Positions 39,905-50,240 of a stretch of DNA of 64,000 nt are shown here, piece by piece. Position 1 is the stretch's first letter; every line of letters starts with the position of its first letter. The translations under genes were made by a program, and so were the position numbers. This stretch comes from an uncultured virus (IMG/VR IMGVR_UViG_3300040946_000488). Taxonomy: Duplodnaviria > Heunggongvirae > Uroviricota > Caudoviricetes. The stretch lies in the IMG/VR virus record IMGVR_UViG_3300040946_000488; one strand, written 5' to 3'. A model generated the notes under the pieces. That model was given only the letters and a program-made list of their open reading frames with translations, had not been told where the DNA came from and did not search any database.

Positions 39905-40158
39905 CATGCCTATCCGGTTGACGACCCTGACTCATTAACAAGGTGTTTTTCATTCCAAGCTATCAAACGGTTGCGTGCTTGCGTTGCTTGATGGTCTGGA
40001 AGAATTCCGTAAACATTCAGCATTGTTATGCACATTTGGGCTCGCCTGAACGAAGAGGACTGCTCCCAAGCCGGAAAATTTTCTTCGCGACTTAACTCAG
40101 CCATAGCCAATCTTCCTTTTCTATCAAATCGGTGGAGTGCGTGAACCGGATAAGCATG
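39905..40158. mobile_element. 254-bp non-autonomous IS1595-type gene cassette
   Basis: TIRs CATGCCTATCCGGTTGAC / GTGAACCGGATAAGCATG; perfect TSD GTCCCAAC (39897-39904, 40159-40166). Confidence 0.9.
39910..40104 (-). CDS. 64-aa cassette cargo protein
   Basis: AAGGAAG RBS; stop codon lies inside the TIR (...SSTG*). Confidence 0.65.
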   Translation of the reverse strand: MAELSREENFPAWEQSSSFRRAQMCITMLNVYGILPDHQATQARNRLIAWNEKHLVNESGSSTG

Positions 40159-40458
40159 GTCCCAACTACAGGGGATCCAGGGGGAGGGCACGGATGGACG
40201 AGTTGCCAGGATACGAGGATATCACTATGATCCCCGCCGGCAGCAGCTTATACAGGGCATCGCCCGCATCCCATGTCTCCAGGGGAGGAGGCATCTTCAC
40301 CTTGTAGATCCGGAAGAATGCAGTCCCTTCGTCCTCGTGGTCCTCGCACGACACGGTCGCATCGTCTTCCGACCACACCAGCGTGGAGTTCTTGTCCAGG
40401 GTCCAATCAGGCTGGGGATTTTCAGTCATGTGGATTCTCTCCCGCGTGTTTCATATTG

Positions 40459-40752
40459 TCACTTCGGCGATTCCTTCAGGATGATCTTTCCCGCCAGGAT
40501 GCCCCAGGATGGGTACTCATCGAACACCCATTCGGCGTCCGTGGCCTCGCCAGACGCTGCCGGGCGGGTCAGCACCCACAGGTTGGATTCCTTCCAGGTA
40601 GCATTCACCAGCTTCCGGCCTGCTGGCAAGGCGACCGTCTCCTGGGAGCCCCAGCGCTTGACCCTGGCCATCTTGGTGCAGCCCGTGCCGGCCAGGGAGA
40701 TGGCCATGATCCCGAGGCACAGCAACGAGTCCCTCGTCGTCAAGATCTTCAT
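40459..40752 (-). CDS. phage lipoprotein
   Basis: Lipobox GTGC; KLVNATWKE.NLWVLTRP. Confidence 0.7.
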   Translation of the reverse strand: MKILTTRDSLLCLGIMAISLAGTGCTKMARVKRWGSQETVALPAGRKLVNATWKESNLWVLTRPAASGEATDAEWVFDEYPSWGILAGKIILKESPK

Positions 40753-41189
40753 CCTCCCTTGAAGAGGCTCTTGTTGCGCCACACATCGATCACCGCATTG
40801 CAGCCTGCGTACCACTGATAGTTGATCCCCACGAGGGCATTTGGATTTGTCCGTCTCTTCCCTTCCGGTTGGATAGGCTTGACCTCGATGCCCAGGAGAT
40901 AGCAGGCCAGGATGGCTGACCCATTGCTGAGGTACCCGTACTCGCCATCGAGGAGGGACATCCATCGCTCAAGCGTGTGTTTCAGATTATAAGAATGCAC
41001 CCGGCACGACTTGGAGGTGGAAGCCATCTCAAGCAAGCGCACGGCCCTCATGACACCAGCAAACTCCTTGGTGAATTCTTCACGGTATTCGGCAAACTCC
41101 GATTCGGACAGGCCCACCACCCGGAATCCCGCGGCGCTCAGATCGGGATGTTCTCCCAGTATCTTTTCCATGCGTGCGAACAGTTCCAT
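40749..41189 (-). CDS. hypothetical protein
   Basis: SYNLKHxxE...YLSNG..I...NPN pattern. Confidence 0.6.
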   Translation of the reverse strand: MELFARMEKILGEHPDLSAAGFRVVGLSESEFAEYREEFTKEFAGVMRAVRLLEMASTSKSCRVHSYNLKHTLERWMSLLDGEYGYLSNGSAILACYLLGIEVKPIQPEGKRRTNPNALVGINYQWYAGCNAVIDVWRNKSLFKGG

Positions 41190-41827
41190 CTTCGACGATC
41201 CTTTCCAGCCTTCACGACCATGATCCAACAGGGAATGCAGTCCTCAGACGATCTGCCCCTCCATGTCGATTGACGTGCAGATTATCTCTATGGTCTCGAA
41301 CGTGCCATCCTCCTTCACTGCCTGGATGGCAATGTCATAACCCGAATTTACCCCGGTCTTTTCGCAAATCATGAGGTGATCGGTCATGCGGATCCTCAGG
41401 TACGAACGGGCTCCTTCCAGCAAGGTGAATAGCGGCCAGATCGCGGCCGGGGAGGCCGGAGAGACCGAGGGCTTGACGGGCAACCACGGGATGGGCTCCC
41501 TGACCATCATCCTGGATCTCTCCCTGGCGACCAGGCGGTATCCCACGATCTTGGCCGGTTTGACAAGCACGGGAGGAGGGGGAGCCCAGGTGGCCATCGT
41601 CATTCCCTACCTGATGGCCATGATCCAGCCGAGCAGCCCGACGATGGCCACCAGCCCCAGGATGACCAGGACCAATGAAGACTTCGCCATGACATCTGGC
41701 TCATCGTCCCGCAGATCCCCCAAGATCGCCTCGACCTCATCCCTGCTGACACGACCCCGCAGGTACGAGTCGGCGACCATGATCTTGACGATGGCAACCT
41801 TCTTGGCGTCTCTCTTCATGGCATCCC

Positions 41828-42304
41828 TCATGGCCTGATGATCCTGGATTCCCAGGGAGCCGGATCGGGGACATCCCTCAGTATCACGAACCCATGGTAC
41901 CCTGACGTCACGATGGACGGCTGCACGGCCCACACGTCCCCCTGCGGGGACTGCGGGCCTACCCGCCCCACCCCTGCCCCACGCGCTCCGCGCGCCCTTG
42001 CTGGCCCCAGCCTGGCCAGCCCCCACCGCATCATCTTGCCGTCGACAGCCAGGGGCTCAGGCCCCACCGGGACATTGCACTGGACGAGCAGCCCATCTCC
42101 CCGCACCAACGTCAGGATGAGGCTCCACTGGCCAGCCCGATCGGGCACCGCGAAGCATGCATCCGTGCGAGCCGTCATGGCCTGGACGAATCCTCGTTGC
42201 CAGGCAGGGAAATTCGTGTGGATCACCTGGGCGTAATCTATCGTCCTCTCGACGGGTTCATCCATGTCTGTCACTAATCCACGAGCATCGTCGCCGTAAT
42301 GCAT
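41828..42304 (-). CDS. hypothetical protein with in-frame element mid-domain
   Basis: LGP|ARARGARGAGVGRVGPQSPQG|DVWAVQPSI...HGF. Confidence 0.65.
   Translation of the reverse strand: MHYGDDARGLVTDMDEPVERTIDYAQVIHTNFPAWQRGFVQAMTARTDACFAVPDRAGQWSLILTLVRGDGLLVQCNVPVGPEPLAVDGKMMRWGLARLGPARARGARGAGVGRVGPQSPQGDVWAVQPSIVTSGYHGFVILRDVPDPAPWESRIIRP
41938..42000 (-). repeat. 63-bp element copy E
   Basis: Gap-free match to copies A and B. Confidence 0.9.
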
Positions 42305-42446
42305 GTCGTTTCGCCTCCTCCAATGAACGAAACTGTCCCGTGATCTCGTTGCCAGGCTCATTTTGCACTACCCAGAATGATCGTTCACTGACAATGACAT
42401 TCTGAAAGGTCCTGCCCTTGCCGTCCATGGTTGCCTCCTCTTGGCC

Positions 42447-43190
42447 TCATGCTTCGATTACAAAATGTTTGTCGAAATGCATATTGACATCCATGCTGCC
42501 CAGGTAGCCGAATGGATTGCACAGCATCCTGGTCTTCCCAATCTGGGTACGCATGGACGAGTGCGTGTGGCCGAACAGCCACAGGCTGGGCTCGCGATCC
42601 AAGATCACGTCCGTCATGTCGCACACGAAGAACGGATTGAGGATACTGCCCACGTATTGCGGAGCCACGCACACTGGAGAGGGCAGGTGGTGGGTCACCA
42701 CGATGTCGCCCGGCCTGATCTCTCGCGCGAGGTACTCGACGGCCCTCCGGTTCTGCTCGTACACCCAGGGCTCGAATCCCTCGATGGCCGAGAAGTCGGT
42801 CAGGCACGCCTTGGCACGCGGATTGGAATCGTAATGGGGGAACCAGAGCGTGGCTCCCAGCACGCGCTTCCGTCCCGACCCTGTTTCCTGGATCGAGGAG
42901 CAGTCCAGCCAGATGAGGTTGGGATTCTCGTGCGCTGCCTTCCTCACCATCTCGCAAGTCTCGGCCGGGCTGGATCCATAGAACTCGTGGTTCCCCAGTA
43001 CGAACGCAACCAGCGATTCGCGGTACCGCTCGCACAGGAGAGCGAGCGCACGCGGCAGCCCGTCGCCGACCTCCAGATCGCCGGCCACCACCAGGATGTC
43101 CACGCCGGACGGATCCAGGCTGGACACGAACGAGCGCCCATGATCGCGATGGAACTCGAAGTGCAGGTCGGAGAGCAATTGCAGCCGCAT
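42447..43190 (-). CDS. calcineurin-like metallophosphoesterase
   Basis: SDLH, AGD, GNHE, THH, GHTH. Confidence 0.9.
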   Translation of the reverse strand: MRLQLLSDLHFEFHRDHGRSFVSSLDPSGVDILVVAGDLEVGDGLPRALALLCERYRESLVAFVLGNHEFYGSSPAETCEMVRKAAHENPNLIWLDCSSIQETGSGRKRVLGATLWFPHYDSNPRAKACLTDFSAIEGFEPWVYEQNRRAVEYLAREIRPGDIVVTHHLPSPVCVAPQYVGSILNPFFVCDMTDVILDREPSLWLFGHTHSSMRTQIGKTRMLCNPFGYLGSMDVNMHFDKHFVIEA

Positions 43191-43430
43191 GTTCACTGCC
43201 TGGTGGATTTCCTGCAAGCCAAAGGGTGTCTTGCCAGGTACTCAAGGACGCGGGACTGATCGCCCCCGATGGGCTTCAGTTCGATCGCTTCCTTGCCCTC
43301 GGGGCTCCCTGTCTCGTAACAGGGGACGTGTCCGCAATTTCAGCACTTCTCACGCTGGTAACCCCTGGCACCACGTGGGAGCCCCGGACGTGCCGGCACC
43401 GAGTCTCCACCTCGATCTTGTTCGTCTCGA

Positions 43431-43811
43431 TCATTTCTTCTTTTTCCCCTTGCTCACCTCGCGATGGACGATCTCGTGCTCCACGAACCTCGCCACCTCC
43501 TCGATCTCGTCGTCGGCCCACAGGCCCCACTGCAACCGAGCGGGCCTCATCTCGCTATCGGTCTCAGGATGACGAGCATTCCACGAGATCACAGTCTTGC
43601 GGATTGCCTTGAGATGATCCGATATCTTTCTGGCCGCTGTTTTCCATCGAGACTTTTCGAGGCTCGGCCCAGTGATTTCAGCTCCACAGTGAATGCAACT
43701 GACACCATAGCAAGCCGTATGCGTATTGGATATGAGGATGGAAAACGATCCGCAGAATGGGCAACTGCGCACGAGCAAATCCCGGATTCGCGGGTGAATG
43801 GTATTGGGCAT
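43431..43811 (-). CDS. Lar-like Zn-ribbon protein
   Basis: CPFCG...VSCIHCGA...WNAR. Confidence 0.65.
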   Translation of the reverse strand: MPNTIHPRIRDLLVRSCPFCGSFSILISNTHTACYGVSCIHCGAEITGPSLEKSRWKTAARKISDHLKAIRKTVISWNARHPETDSEMRPARLQWGLWADDEIEEVARFVEHEIVHREVSKGKKKK

Positions 43812-43827
43812 CAGCTTCCTTCCTTCG

Positions 43828-45531
43828 TCATCCGAAAAGTTCCTCCGCGGCCCGGACCTGCCCGCCTCCCGCGTCCACGATCAAGCGGCGGGACCGGAGG
43901 CGCTGCAGGTAGGTGTCGCGCGAGCTGCGCTTGTAGCCCGTAGCGATGTCGATGTCTTCCTTGTCGATGGCATTGGGATAGGCTGCCACGACGACGTCCA
44001 GGATCTTGAGTTCGCCCAGGGGCAATCTCGACCGCCAGTACTTGAGCAGATCGTCCCCCGTGGGCAATGGCTGGTACTGGTCCCCCAGTGCCTCCTTCCC
44101 TCCCTCGGTCGCCACGATCCGGCCGCTGGCCTCCTCGACATGCCCGGCCGCCTTGAGGCGCTGCAGGTAGGTGTCCCGCGAGCTACGCTTGTAGCCGGTC
44201 AAGACGCTGAGCTGCTCGCGGGTGACGCCCCCGGGATGCTGGGCGACAGCTGTCAGGATCTTGATCTCGCCGGGCATGAGGCGTGGACCTTCCTGGCGTG
44301 GGACGTTTTGACGTGGGGAAGGGACCGAAGGATCACGGATCGCCTGCCTGGCCTTGTCTCGCGAGGACAGGGCAGGCGGGAAGCGCCCCGCGATCTGGCT
44401 TCCGGGCGGGGCAGCTTCCACGAGATCTTTCAGGCCAATCGTCATCTCGACGATCATGGCAGCCAGTCGCGCTGCCGCCGACGAGGATTCCTCGGCCTTC
44501 TCCCTCATCTTCTTGGCGGAGGCTCGCCATCCCTCCGGGACGACGGGCACCTCGACCCTCACCTCCCTGGCAGGGCCTGACGGTCTCGCGTCGAGTTCCC
44601 GCTTCAGCCTCGCGACTTCTTCCCTGAGTCCCTTCTCCGTCTCGACCTTGACCTCAGCCTCCCTGGGCAGATCTGCCAGCTGGGGCAGCAGGTGCAGTAT
44701 CTTGCCCGTCGGGGGAGGCGGCGATGCTTGCCGCCTGCCCGCCTCGGGGTGCTCCGTCCGAACGTCCCCGATCGCGACGAGGGTGGGCTCCAGGACCAGG
44801 GCCCGGCCCATGGCGAAGAATTCCCCCGGGGGAAGGTTCTTCACCTGCTTGAAGAACTCTTGCTTGTCCGTCTTGGAGATGCCGAGGCATCCCGCCGCCC
44901 TCTCCCGATCGATGTCGATGAAGGTCTGGCCGATCATCACGTTCTTCAGCTCGGCCGCGAAGTCCTTGGACAGCTTCCCCAGCCGCTGGGTCGCGGCGAC
45001 GGTGCCATATCCCCGCTTGCGCCCCCTGGCCGCCAGATCGATCAAGGCACTCCTGCAGCGTTTTTCGCCTGAACTTTCGCTGGCCCCGTGCCCCGGCTCG
45101 GGCGCGAGCGTGTGTGCCTCGTCGACGTAGACGATCAGGTCACGCCACAGCTTCTTGGGAGCTTCCACCAGGGCCTGGATGAAGAGCGCCACCCAGGCCG
45201 GCCGGGTGGGAGGCGACATCTCGAACAGGTCGATGACCGCGCTCACCCCAAGCTCCAGCAGCCGATGCGCCAGCAGCGATGCCGAGCGGACGTCCGCGGG
45301 GGTGTCGCCATCCTTGCCCACCAGGATGAGATCGAACTTCTCCCGCAAGGTGGAGAACTCTCCCTCCGGATCGATGACGATCTGAGGGACCTTCCCGAAC
45401 GACTGCTCGATGAGCCTCCGCAACAGCCAGCTCTTGCCGCCCCCGCTGTTGGCCTGCACCAGCAGATTGGATCGCAAGACGACGTCCAGGTCGGCGTCGA
45501 ACCGGACGCCGTCCTCCGTGCGCTTGCCCAT
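43828..45531 (-). CDS. HerA/FtsK-like ATPase with tandem C-terminal winged helices
   Basis: ANSGGGKS, IDPEGEF, VDEAH, GRKRG, ATQR; TGYKRSSRDTYLQRL twice. Confidence 0.85.
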   Translation of the reverse strand: MGKRTEDGVRFDADLDVVLRSNLLVQANSGGGKSWLLRRLIEQSFGKVPQIVIDPEGEFSTLREKFDLILVGKDGDTPADVRSASLLAHRLLELGVSAVIDLFEMSPPTRPAWVALFIQALVEAPKKLWRDLIVYVDEAHTLAPEPGHGASESSGEKRCRSALIDLAARGRKRGYGTVAATQRLGKLSKDFAAELKNVMIGQTFIDIDRERAAGCLGISKTDKQEFFKQVKNLPPGEFFAMGRALVLEPTLVAIGDVRTEHPEAGRRQASPPPPTGKILHLLPQLADLPREAEVKVETEKGLREEVARLKRELDARPSGPAREVRVEVPVVPEGWRASAKKMREKAEESSSAAARLAAMIVEMTIGLKDLVEAAPPGSQIAGRFPPALSSRDKARQAIRDPSVPSPRQNVPRQEGPRLMPGEIKILTAVAQHPGGVTREQLSVLTGYKRSSRDTYLQRLKAAGHVEEASGRIVATEGGKEALGDQYQPLPTGDDLLKYWRSRLPLGELKILDVVVAAYPNAIDKEDIDIATGYKRSSRDTYLQRLRSRRLIVDAGGGQVRAAEELFG

Positions 45532-45663
45532 GCATACGGTCCTACTCACCCGGCCTTCCCTCCCTGAGGATCCCTCGCGTGCTTGAGAGTCCATCCCTCC
45601 GGGGGGATGTGCTTGAGCAGCCACATCCAGTGGGGATAGAGACGCATCTTCAGCACGGCGCCC

Positions 45664-46968
45664 TCAGATCCGCGCCTTGAATTGCTCGTGCATGGTGATG
45701 AGCGCGGGGTTCTGTGGGAACGCCTTGAGGGCTTCCTCGCACATGGCCATGGCCTCGTCACGGCGATCCAGCTTGTCCAGCGCGGAGGCGACCAGGATCT
45801 TGGACATGTTCTCGAACCCCGTCCCATTGTCGATGATCTGGAGGACGTCCTTGTTCTCGATCCCCATCCGGTAGGCCTCCACCGCTTCCTGCCACTTCTG
45901 CTCGTGGAACCGCGAGCGGCACAGGCGGAAGGCAGCCTTGGATCCCAGGTGCTCGGCCAGCGCCCGCTCGTACCATTCCGAGGCCAAGGGATACTCCTGC
46001 CGGGACTCGTGGATCTCCCCCCGCATGCAGCAGGCCCAGGCAATCTCCTCCTTCCACATGGACATCGTCAGGTACAGATCTATCACGGCGATCGCGAAAT
46101 CGGGCATGGTGGCCCGTGCCTCCATGGCCAGGTAGACCAGCGTCCGGGGCGACACCATCCAGTCGTTCGCCCGCGCCTCACGGTACAGGACCTTGAGGCA
46201 GCGTCCCGGCACCCGGACCCCCATGCCCGCGCTGTCCTTCATGTCCACCACCACGAGGTTGCCGTCGATCTGGGCCGTCTTGACCTGGCCCCTCAATACC
46301 TCGTGCGTGACGCCACACCATGAGATGTACGGCACGTTCTTGCAGAGGCGCTCCCGGAAGGAATCAGCCCGCGACTGGCCATCCAGCCCCATGTTGTAGA
46401 TGTAGCGAGATGCCGCCAGATCGGCCCCGGCACGCTCAAGCTCCACGCACAGGCCAGGTATGCACCAGGGATCTTGGACGACGTCGTCCGCATCCAGGAA
46501 CAGGATCCACTGCTTGGTGCAACGAGACCAGCCAAGATTGCGGGCCGCCGCCCAGTCCGCCAACAATGATTCTCCGGTGAACGGACCCTCGAAAGTCTCC
46601 CCCACCAGGGGCTTGCCCATCGCGTAGGTCTCGGGGACGTCCAGCAGGTACAGTTCAGGATGATTGGTGGCCGTCACCTCGATGATGTCGAGGCCGAAGC
46701 CGGAACCCCTGAATTCCGCATACTCTCTCAGTATTGCGATGGTCCGGTCGGAGCAATCGTTGGCCACCGCCACGATCTCGTTGATGTAGGGACCGATGTT
46801 GTCCAGCAGGCGCCCGACGCAGCTCTCGCCGTTCTTCACCATCAGGTGCAGGGATACGGTCGGGCGCTCGCCGGGCGCGAAGTCCTCGGGACGCCGGAGC
46901 GTAACCTTGCGGAAGAGGGGATTGTTGTCGCCCTCGGAAGCGATCGAATACTGTGCCTCGTCCCTCAT
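45664..46968 (-). CDS. GT2 glycosyltransferase with TPR C-terminus, paralog of 24197-25312
   Basis: HPELY, DWAAARN, LDADD, THE; TPRs. Confidence 0.85.
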   Translation of the reverse strand: MRDEAQYSIASEGDNNPLFRKVTLRRPEDFAPGERPTVSLHLMVKNGESCVGRLLDNIGPYINEIVAVANDCSDRTIAILREYAEFRGSGFGLDIIEVTATNHPELYLLDVPETYAMGKPLVGETFEGPFTGESLLADWAAARNLGWSRCTKQWILFLDADDVVQDPWCIPGLCVELERAGADLAASRYIYNMGLDGQSRADSFRERLCKNVPYISWCGVTHEVLRGQVKTAQIDGNLVVVDMKDSAGMGVRVPGRCLKVLYREARANDWMVSPRTLVYLAMEARATMPDFAIAVIDLYLTMSMWKEEIAWACCMRGEIHESRQEYPLASEWYERALAEHLGSKAAFRLCRSRFHEQKWQEAVEAYRMGIENKDVLQIIDNGTGFENMSKILVASALDKLDRRDEAMAMCEEALKAFPQNPALITMHEQFKARI

Positions 46969-47902
46969 CTGGTCCTCCTTGGTTCATCCTTCGTCGTCAG
47001 TCTCGTCCTCATCGCCTCGGCATTCCGGACACCCCTCGCAATCTTCTTCATTCTCCTGGCCGCCGGGGCAGTCACAATCATCTCCGCACGATATGCATTC
47101 GTGCGTCGTCCAGGGATTAGCTACTTCATGATCGACGTCGTCATCCACCTGATGTCCCTCCCTTGTCAGGATTGCCTCGTTCCACGATCCCGAGCAGACT
47201 GATGCCTTCCTCCTGCATGTAGCTATAGAACCTGTCCATCACCTTGTCGATGAAGCCCTCAAGCTCGACGATCCTGGCTCTCAAGATCGCGATCTCGGTG
47301 GCATGACATTCCCCTTCCGACTTGGCCCGATCCCGAAGCCGACGAAGCTCGGTCTCCGCATCGGCATGGTGCGATTGCCTGCAGCCCGCGCAGAACAGGT
47401 TGGTGGGGGCCGACGCATCCCTGGGATACTCCCGCCCACAATGAGCGCAAGCCGCGACGGGCACCGTGATCAGGTGGTGGCTGAGGCAGCCCTCCATCGC
47501 CACGGGGACCGAGGACGACGGGAGGATCATCGCTTGTCTCCATACCGAGCGAACAGCCTGTTGAGGCCGGACGCTCCACTGTGCGACACGGGCTTCCTGG
47601 CAGACCTCTCCCTCGACCATTCGAGGATATCTTGCTCCCGTCGCTCCAGCATGCCCTGCAGCCGCATGATCTGTCCCCAGGCAGCCAGCAACAAGAACGC
47701 AGCCGGCAGCAGGTAAGCCTCGACGTCGTCCGGGCGCCGGGGCCAGCGTGCCCACAGGAAGAACACCGCGACCGTGGCCGCGAACAGGAGAGCCCATGTG
47801 GTGGTGGCCAGCTTCATGCCCTATCTCATAGCATCAATCGCCGTTGACATCTCGGCGAGAGCAGTCCTCATGCGTTCCTTGGCATCCACGCTTCTGGACT
47901 CT

Positions 47903-48847
47903 TCAGGCAACTTGTTCGGGCTCCTTGGCGGACCCGTATTTCTGTACCAGTCCCCGCATGAAACCCAAGACGTCATCGACGTCCAAATGAGGAGGATATG
48001 GCAACTCCTGAGCTTTCGCGAGGTTCTCGATCTTGGCCGACAACTCGGACAGGATCATCTCGATCCTGTCCTCCCTCCAGGCCCGGCGGGCCTCGACCAC
48101 ATCGATCAAGGTGCTCATGTAGGGGAGCAGGTAGATCCAGTCACAGATCGATCGCTTCACGATCTGTCCATCCGACCTCGTCCCGAAGAACGTCCGGGCA
48201 CCTTCGGCAGAACAACCACCTTCCGGATCGGGAGTGATCGGAGTGTTCGTGAACCTCCACTCGGGCAGCCGGTGGTCCTTCCGCTGCATGAACATGTTGA
48301 GGGCATTCTCGTAATTCATCTTGTAGGTCGCCTTCTGCAGGAAGCCCTCCGGCAGCATCCTCTTCATCTTGATGACGAGCTTGAAGTCCTTCTTGCCGCC
48401 GGCACGGTACTCACGCCCGACCGCATTGATCTTCTCCAGGTAGTCCAGGTCGACGAAGGAGTCCTGGAAGTCGTCCAGGACCAGATCCCGGTGCCCGAGC
48501 TTGTGCATGGTGGAGCACGAGTTCCTCACCGTGGAAACCTTGTAGGTGTCGATCTCTTGCCAGCACCCTCGGTTCGGCTCGATGTCACACCAGATCACGA
48601 TGTCCCGCAAAAATTTCCGGTGCTCCGTTCCCCCCAAGATCAGGCTCTTCATCCTCACCATGTCGACCGGGCCAATGATGGGATACTCGGCGACCGTGAA
48701 ACCAAGCTGGTTCCAGGTAGAATGGGGAGGCTCGGGCAGGACATGGCGAAAGCTGCTGTCTGATTTATCCCAGGAATCCATGGGATTGCGCATGCCCCGG
48801 AGCGCGGCCCTGAAGCCATAGACCTCGGTTTCGGTGATCGCGATCAT
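47903..48847 (-). CDS. ThyX-like (flavin-dependent thymidylate synthase-related) protein
   Basis: GMRNPMDSWDKSDS, HRKFLR, NSCSTMH, LPEG, QRKDHRLPEW. Confidence 0.65.
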   Translation of the reverse strand: MIAITETEVYGFRAALRGMRNPMDSWDKSDSSFRHVLPEPPHSTWNQLGFTVAEYPIIGPVDMVRMKSLILGGTEHRKFLRDIVIWCDIEPNRGCWQEIDTYKVSTVRNSCSTMHKLGHRDLVLDDFQDSFVDLDYLEKINAVGREYRAGGKKDFKLVIKMKRMLPEGFLQKATYKMNYENALNMFMQRKDHRLPEWRFTNTPITPDPEGGCSAEGARTFFGTRSDGQIVKRSICDWIYLLPYMSTLIDVVEARRAWREDRIEMILSELSAKIENLAKAQELPYPPHLDVDDVLGFMRGLVQKYGSAKEPEQVA

Positions 48848-48867
48848 GAAGCCTCCATCGGGAACAG

Positions 48868-48897
48868 ATCTTTGAGCCAGGCAGAACGAGGTGTCAA
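48868..48897 (-). promoter_or_regulatory. promoter with conserved spacer motif
   Basis: TTGACAcctcgttc...AAAGAT upstream of GGAGG RBS. Confidence 0.65.
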
Positions 48898-49317
48898 GCA
48901 GGAATCGACCGTCAGGTGTCGATTGTGGTCGATGGTGTCTCGGGCAGATGGATGAGCCTGGAGGCGTCATCCATCCAGGCGAACGGGATCGCGTCGGGCC
49001 ATGGATCGTGCTCCCTCAACCCGTCGAGGCGCGCTTGGATGTAGTCTCCCAGGTCCACGCACACCTTGTCGGTCTTGCTGCCGGTGGAATCCACGGGGAT
49101 GACGTTGACGCTGGCCTCGAAGGCCAGGAGGCTGTCGTCGAACCCCAGCATCCAGGTGACGTGCAACGTCCTGTGATGGAGCACGACCGATTGGCTGTGG
49201 ATCGATTCCTTCTCGATCTTGAGGCACAGCCGCTTGAGTGCCCTCATGCCGTCCAGGATGCCCTCGCGATCTTGCTTGCCCATCATGGCCATGTCCCTCC
49301 TGCCTTCCTTGCCGAGT

Positions 49318-50226
49318 TCATGGCACTTCGCCAGCCCTCTCGTCCAGCCATCTGACGAACCGCTGGGCCGGCTCGTTCTCCCACTTGTCGATCATCTCGA
49401 TGATCAGTGCCCGCCTTCCCCCTGTCCTGGCGTCCGCCAGATCCTTCTCCATCGAGCTGGCCTCGCCAGCCACCCTCTCGGCATCTGCGCTGGCCAGCAA
49501 TTCCTGTATTGCATAGAGCTGTTCGGACATGCGATCGTCGATGTCCCATTTCGAGTTCAAGACATCGTGGTGGAGGTTGCCCAGCGCCACCGCCAGCCTG
49601 TCGATCAGTTGCCTGAGCCGGCCGCGCTCCGGCCAGTCGCCCATCTCGCCGATCACGGGCTCCTGATGGACACCGTCTTTCTGGGAACGGATGCCCAGCC
49701 TTTCCTCCTCCAGGGCAGCACAGGCCGCGTCCCATTCCTTCCGGTAGGCCTCCCGCATGGGCTCGGGCAGTCCCCGCCAGGCATCCAATGGCACCTTCTT
49801 GTGTGTCCTGGCAAACTCGCCGGCCATGAAGAGGATGCGACTGCCACGTTCCCTCTCGCCCATTCCGATCTCGCCATACAGGCTGCTGAGCACGTACTTC
49901 CTGATCGTCCTCGGGGGAGGCTGAGCCCCGGTCCTGGCGGCCTCGGCTTCCTCGACGTCAGACTTTCCCTGATCGAGTGCGGACGCGATCTCGCCGACGG
50001 TCATCCCGGGACACTCCCCCAATCGGGACCGACAGGGCGACACGCGATGCCACCCATGGGGATGATTCTCCTCTTCCAGTCCCCACAAAAAATACGGCAT
50101 GGCCCATGTCCGGAAACCTCCATCATCATGCTCCTTGACCTTGTCGAGGAGGAACCGGCCAGATCTCCTCGACCATATCATCACCGTCTCGCCGACCTGG
50201 GGCAATCCTAGCCGTGGTTCGCACAT
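49318..50226 (-). CDS. hypothetical protein
   Basis: GAGGAGG RBS; 302 aa. Confidence 0.55.
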   Translation of the reverse strand: MCEPRLGLPQVGETVMIWSRRSGRFLLDKVKEHDDGGFRTWAMPYFLWGLEEENHPHGWHRVSPCRSRLGECPGMTVGEIASALDQGKSDVEEAEAARTGAQPPPRTIRKYVLSSLYGEIGMGERERGSRILFMAGEFARTHKKVPLDAWRGLPEPMREAYRKEWDAACAALEEERLGIRSQKDGVHQEPVIGEMGDWPERGRLRQLIDRLAVALGNLHHDVLNSKWDIDDRMSEQLYAIQELLASADAERVAGEASSMEKDLADARTGGRRALIIEMIDKWENEPAQRFVRWLDERAGEVP

Positions 50227-50240
50227 GATGGACGTCCTCC

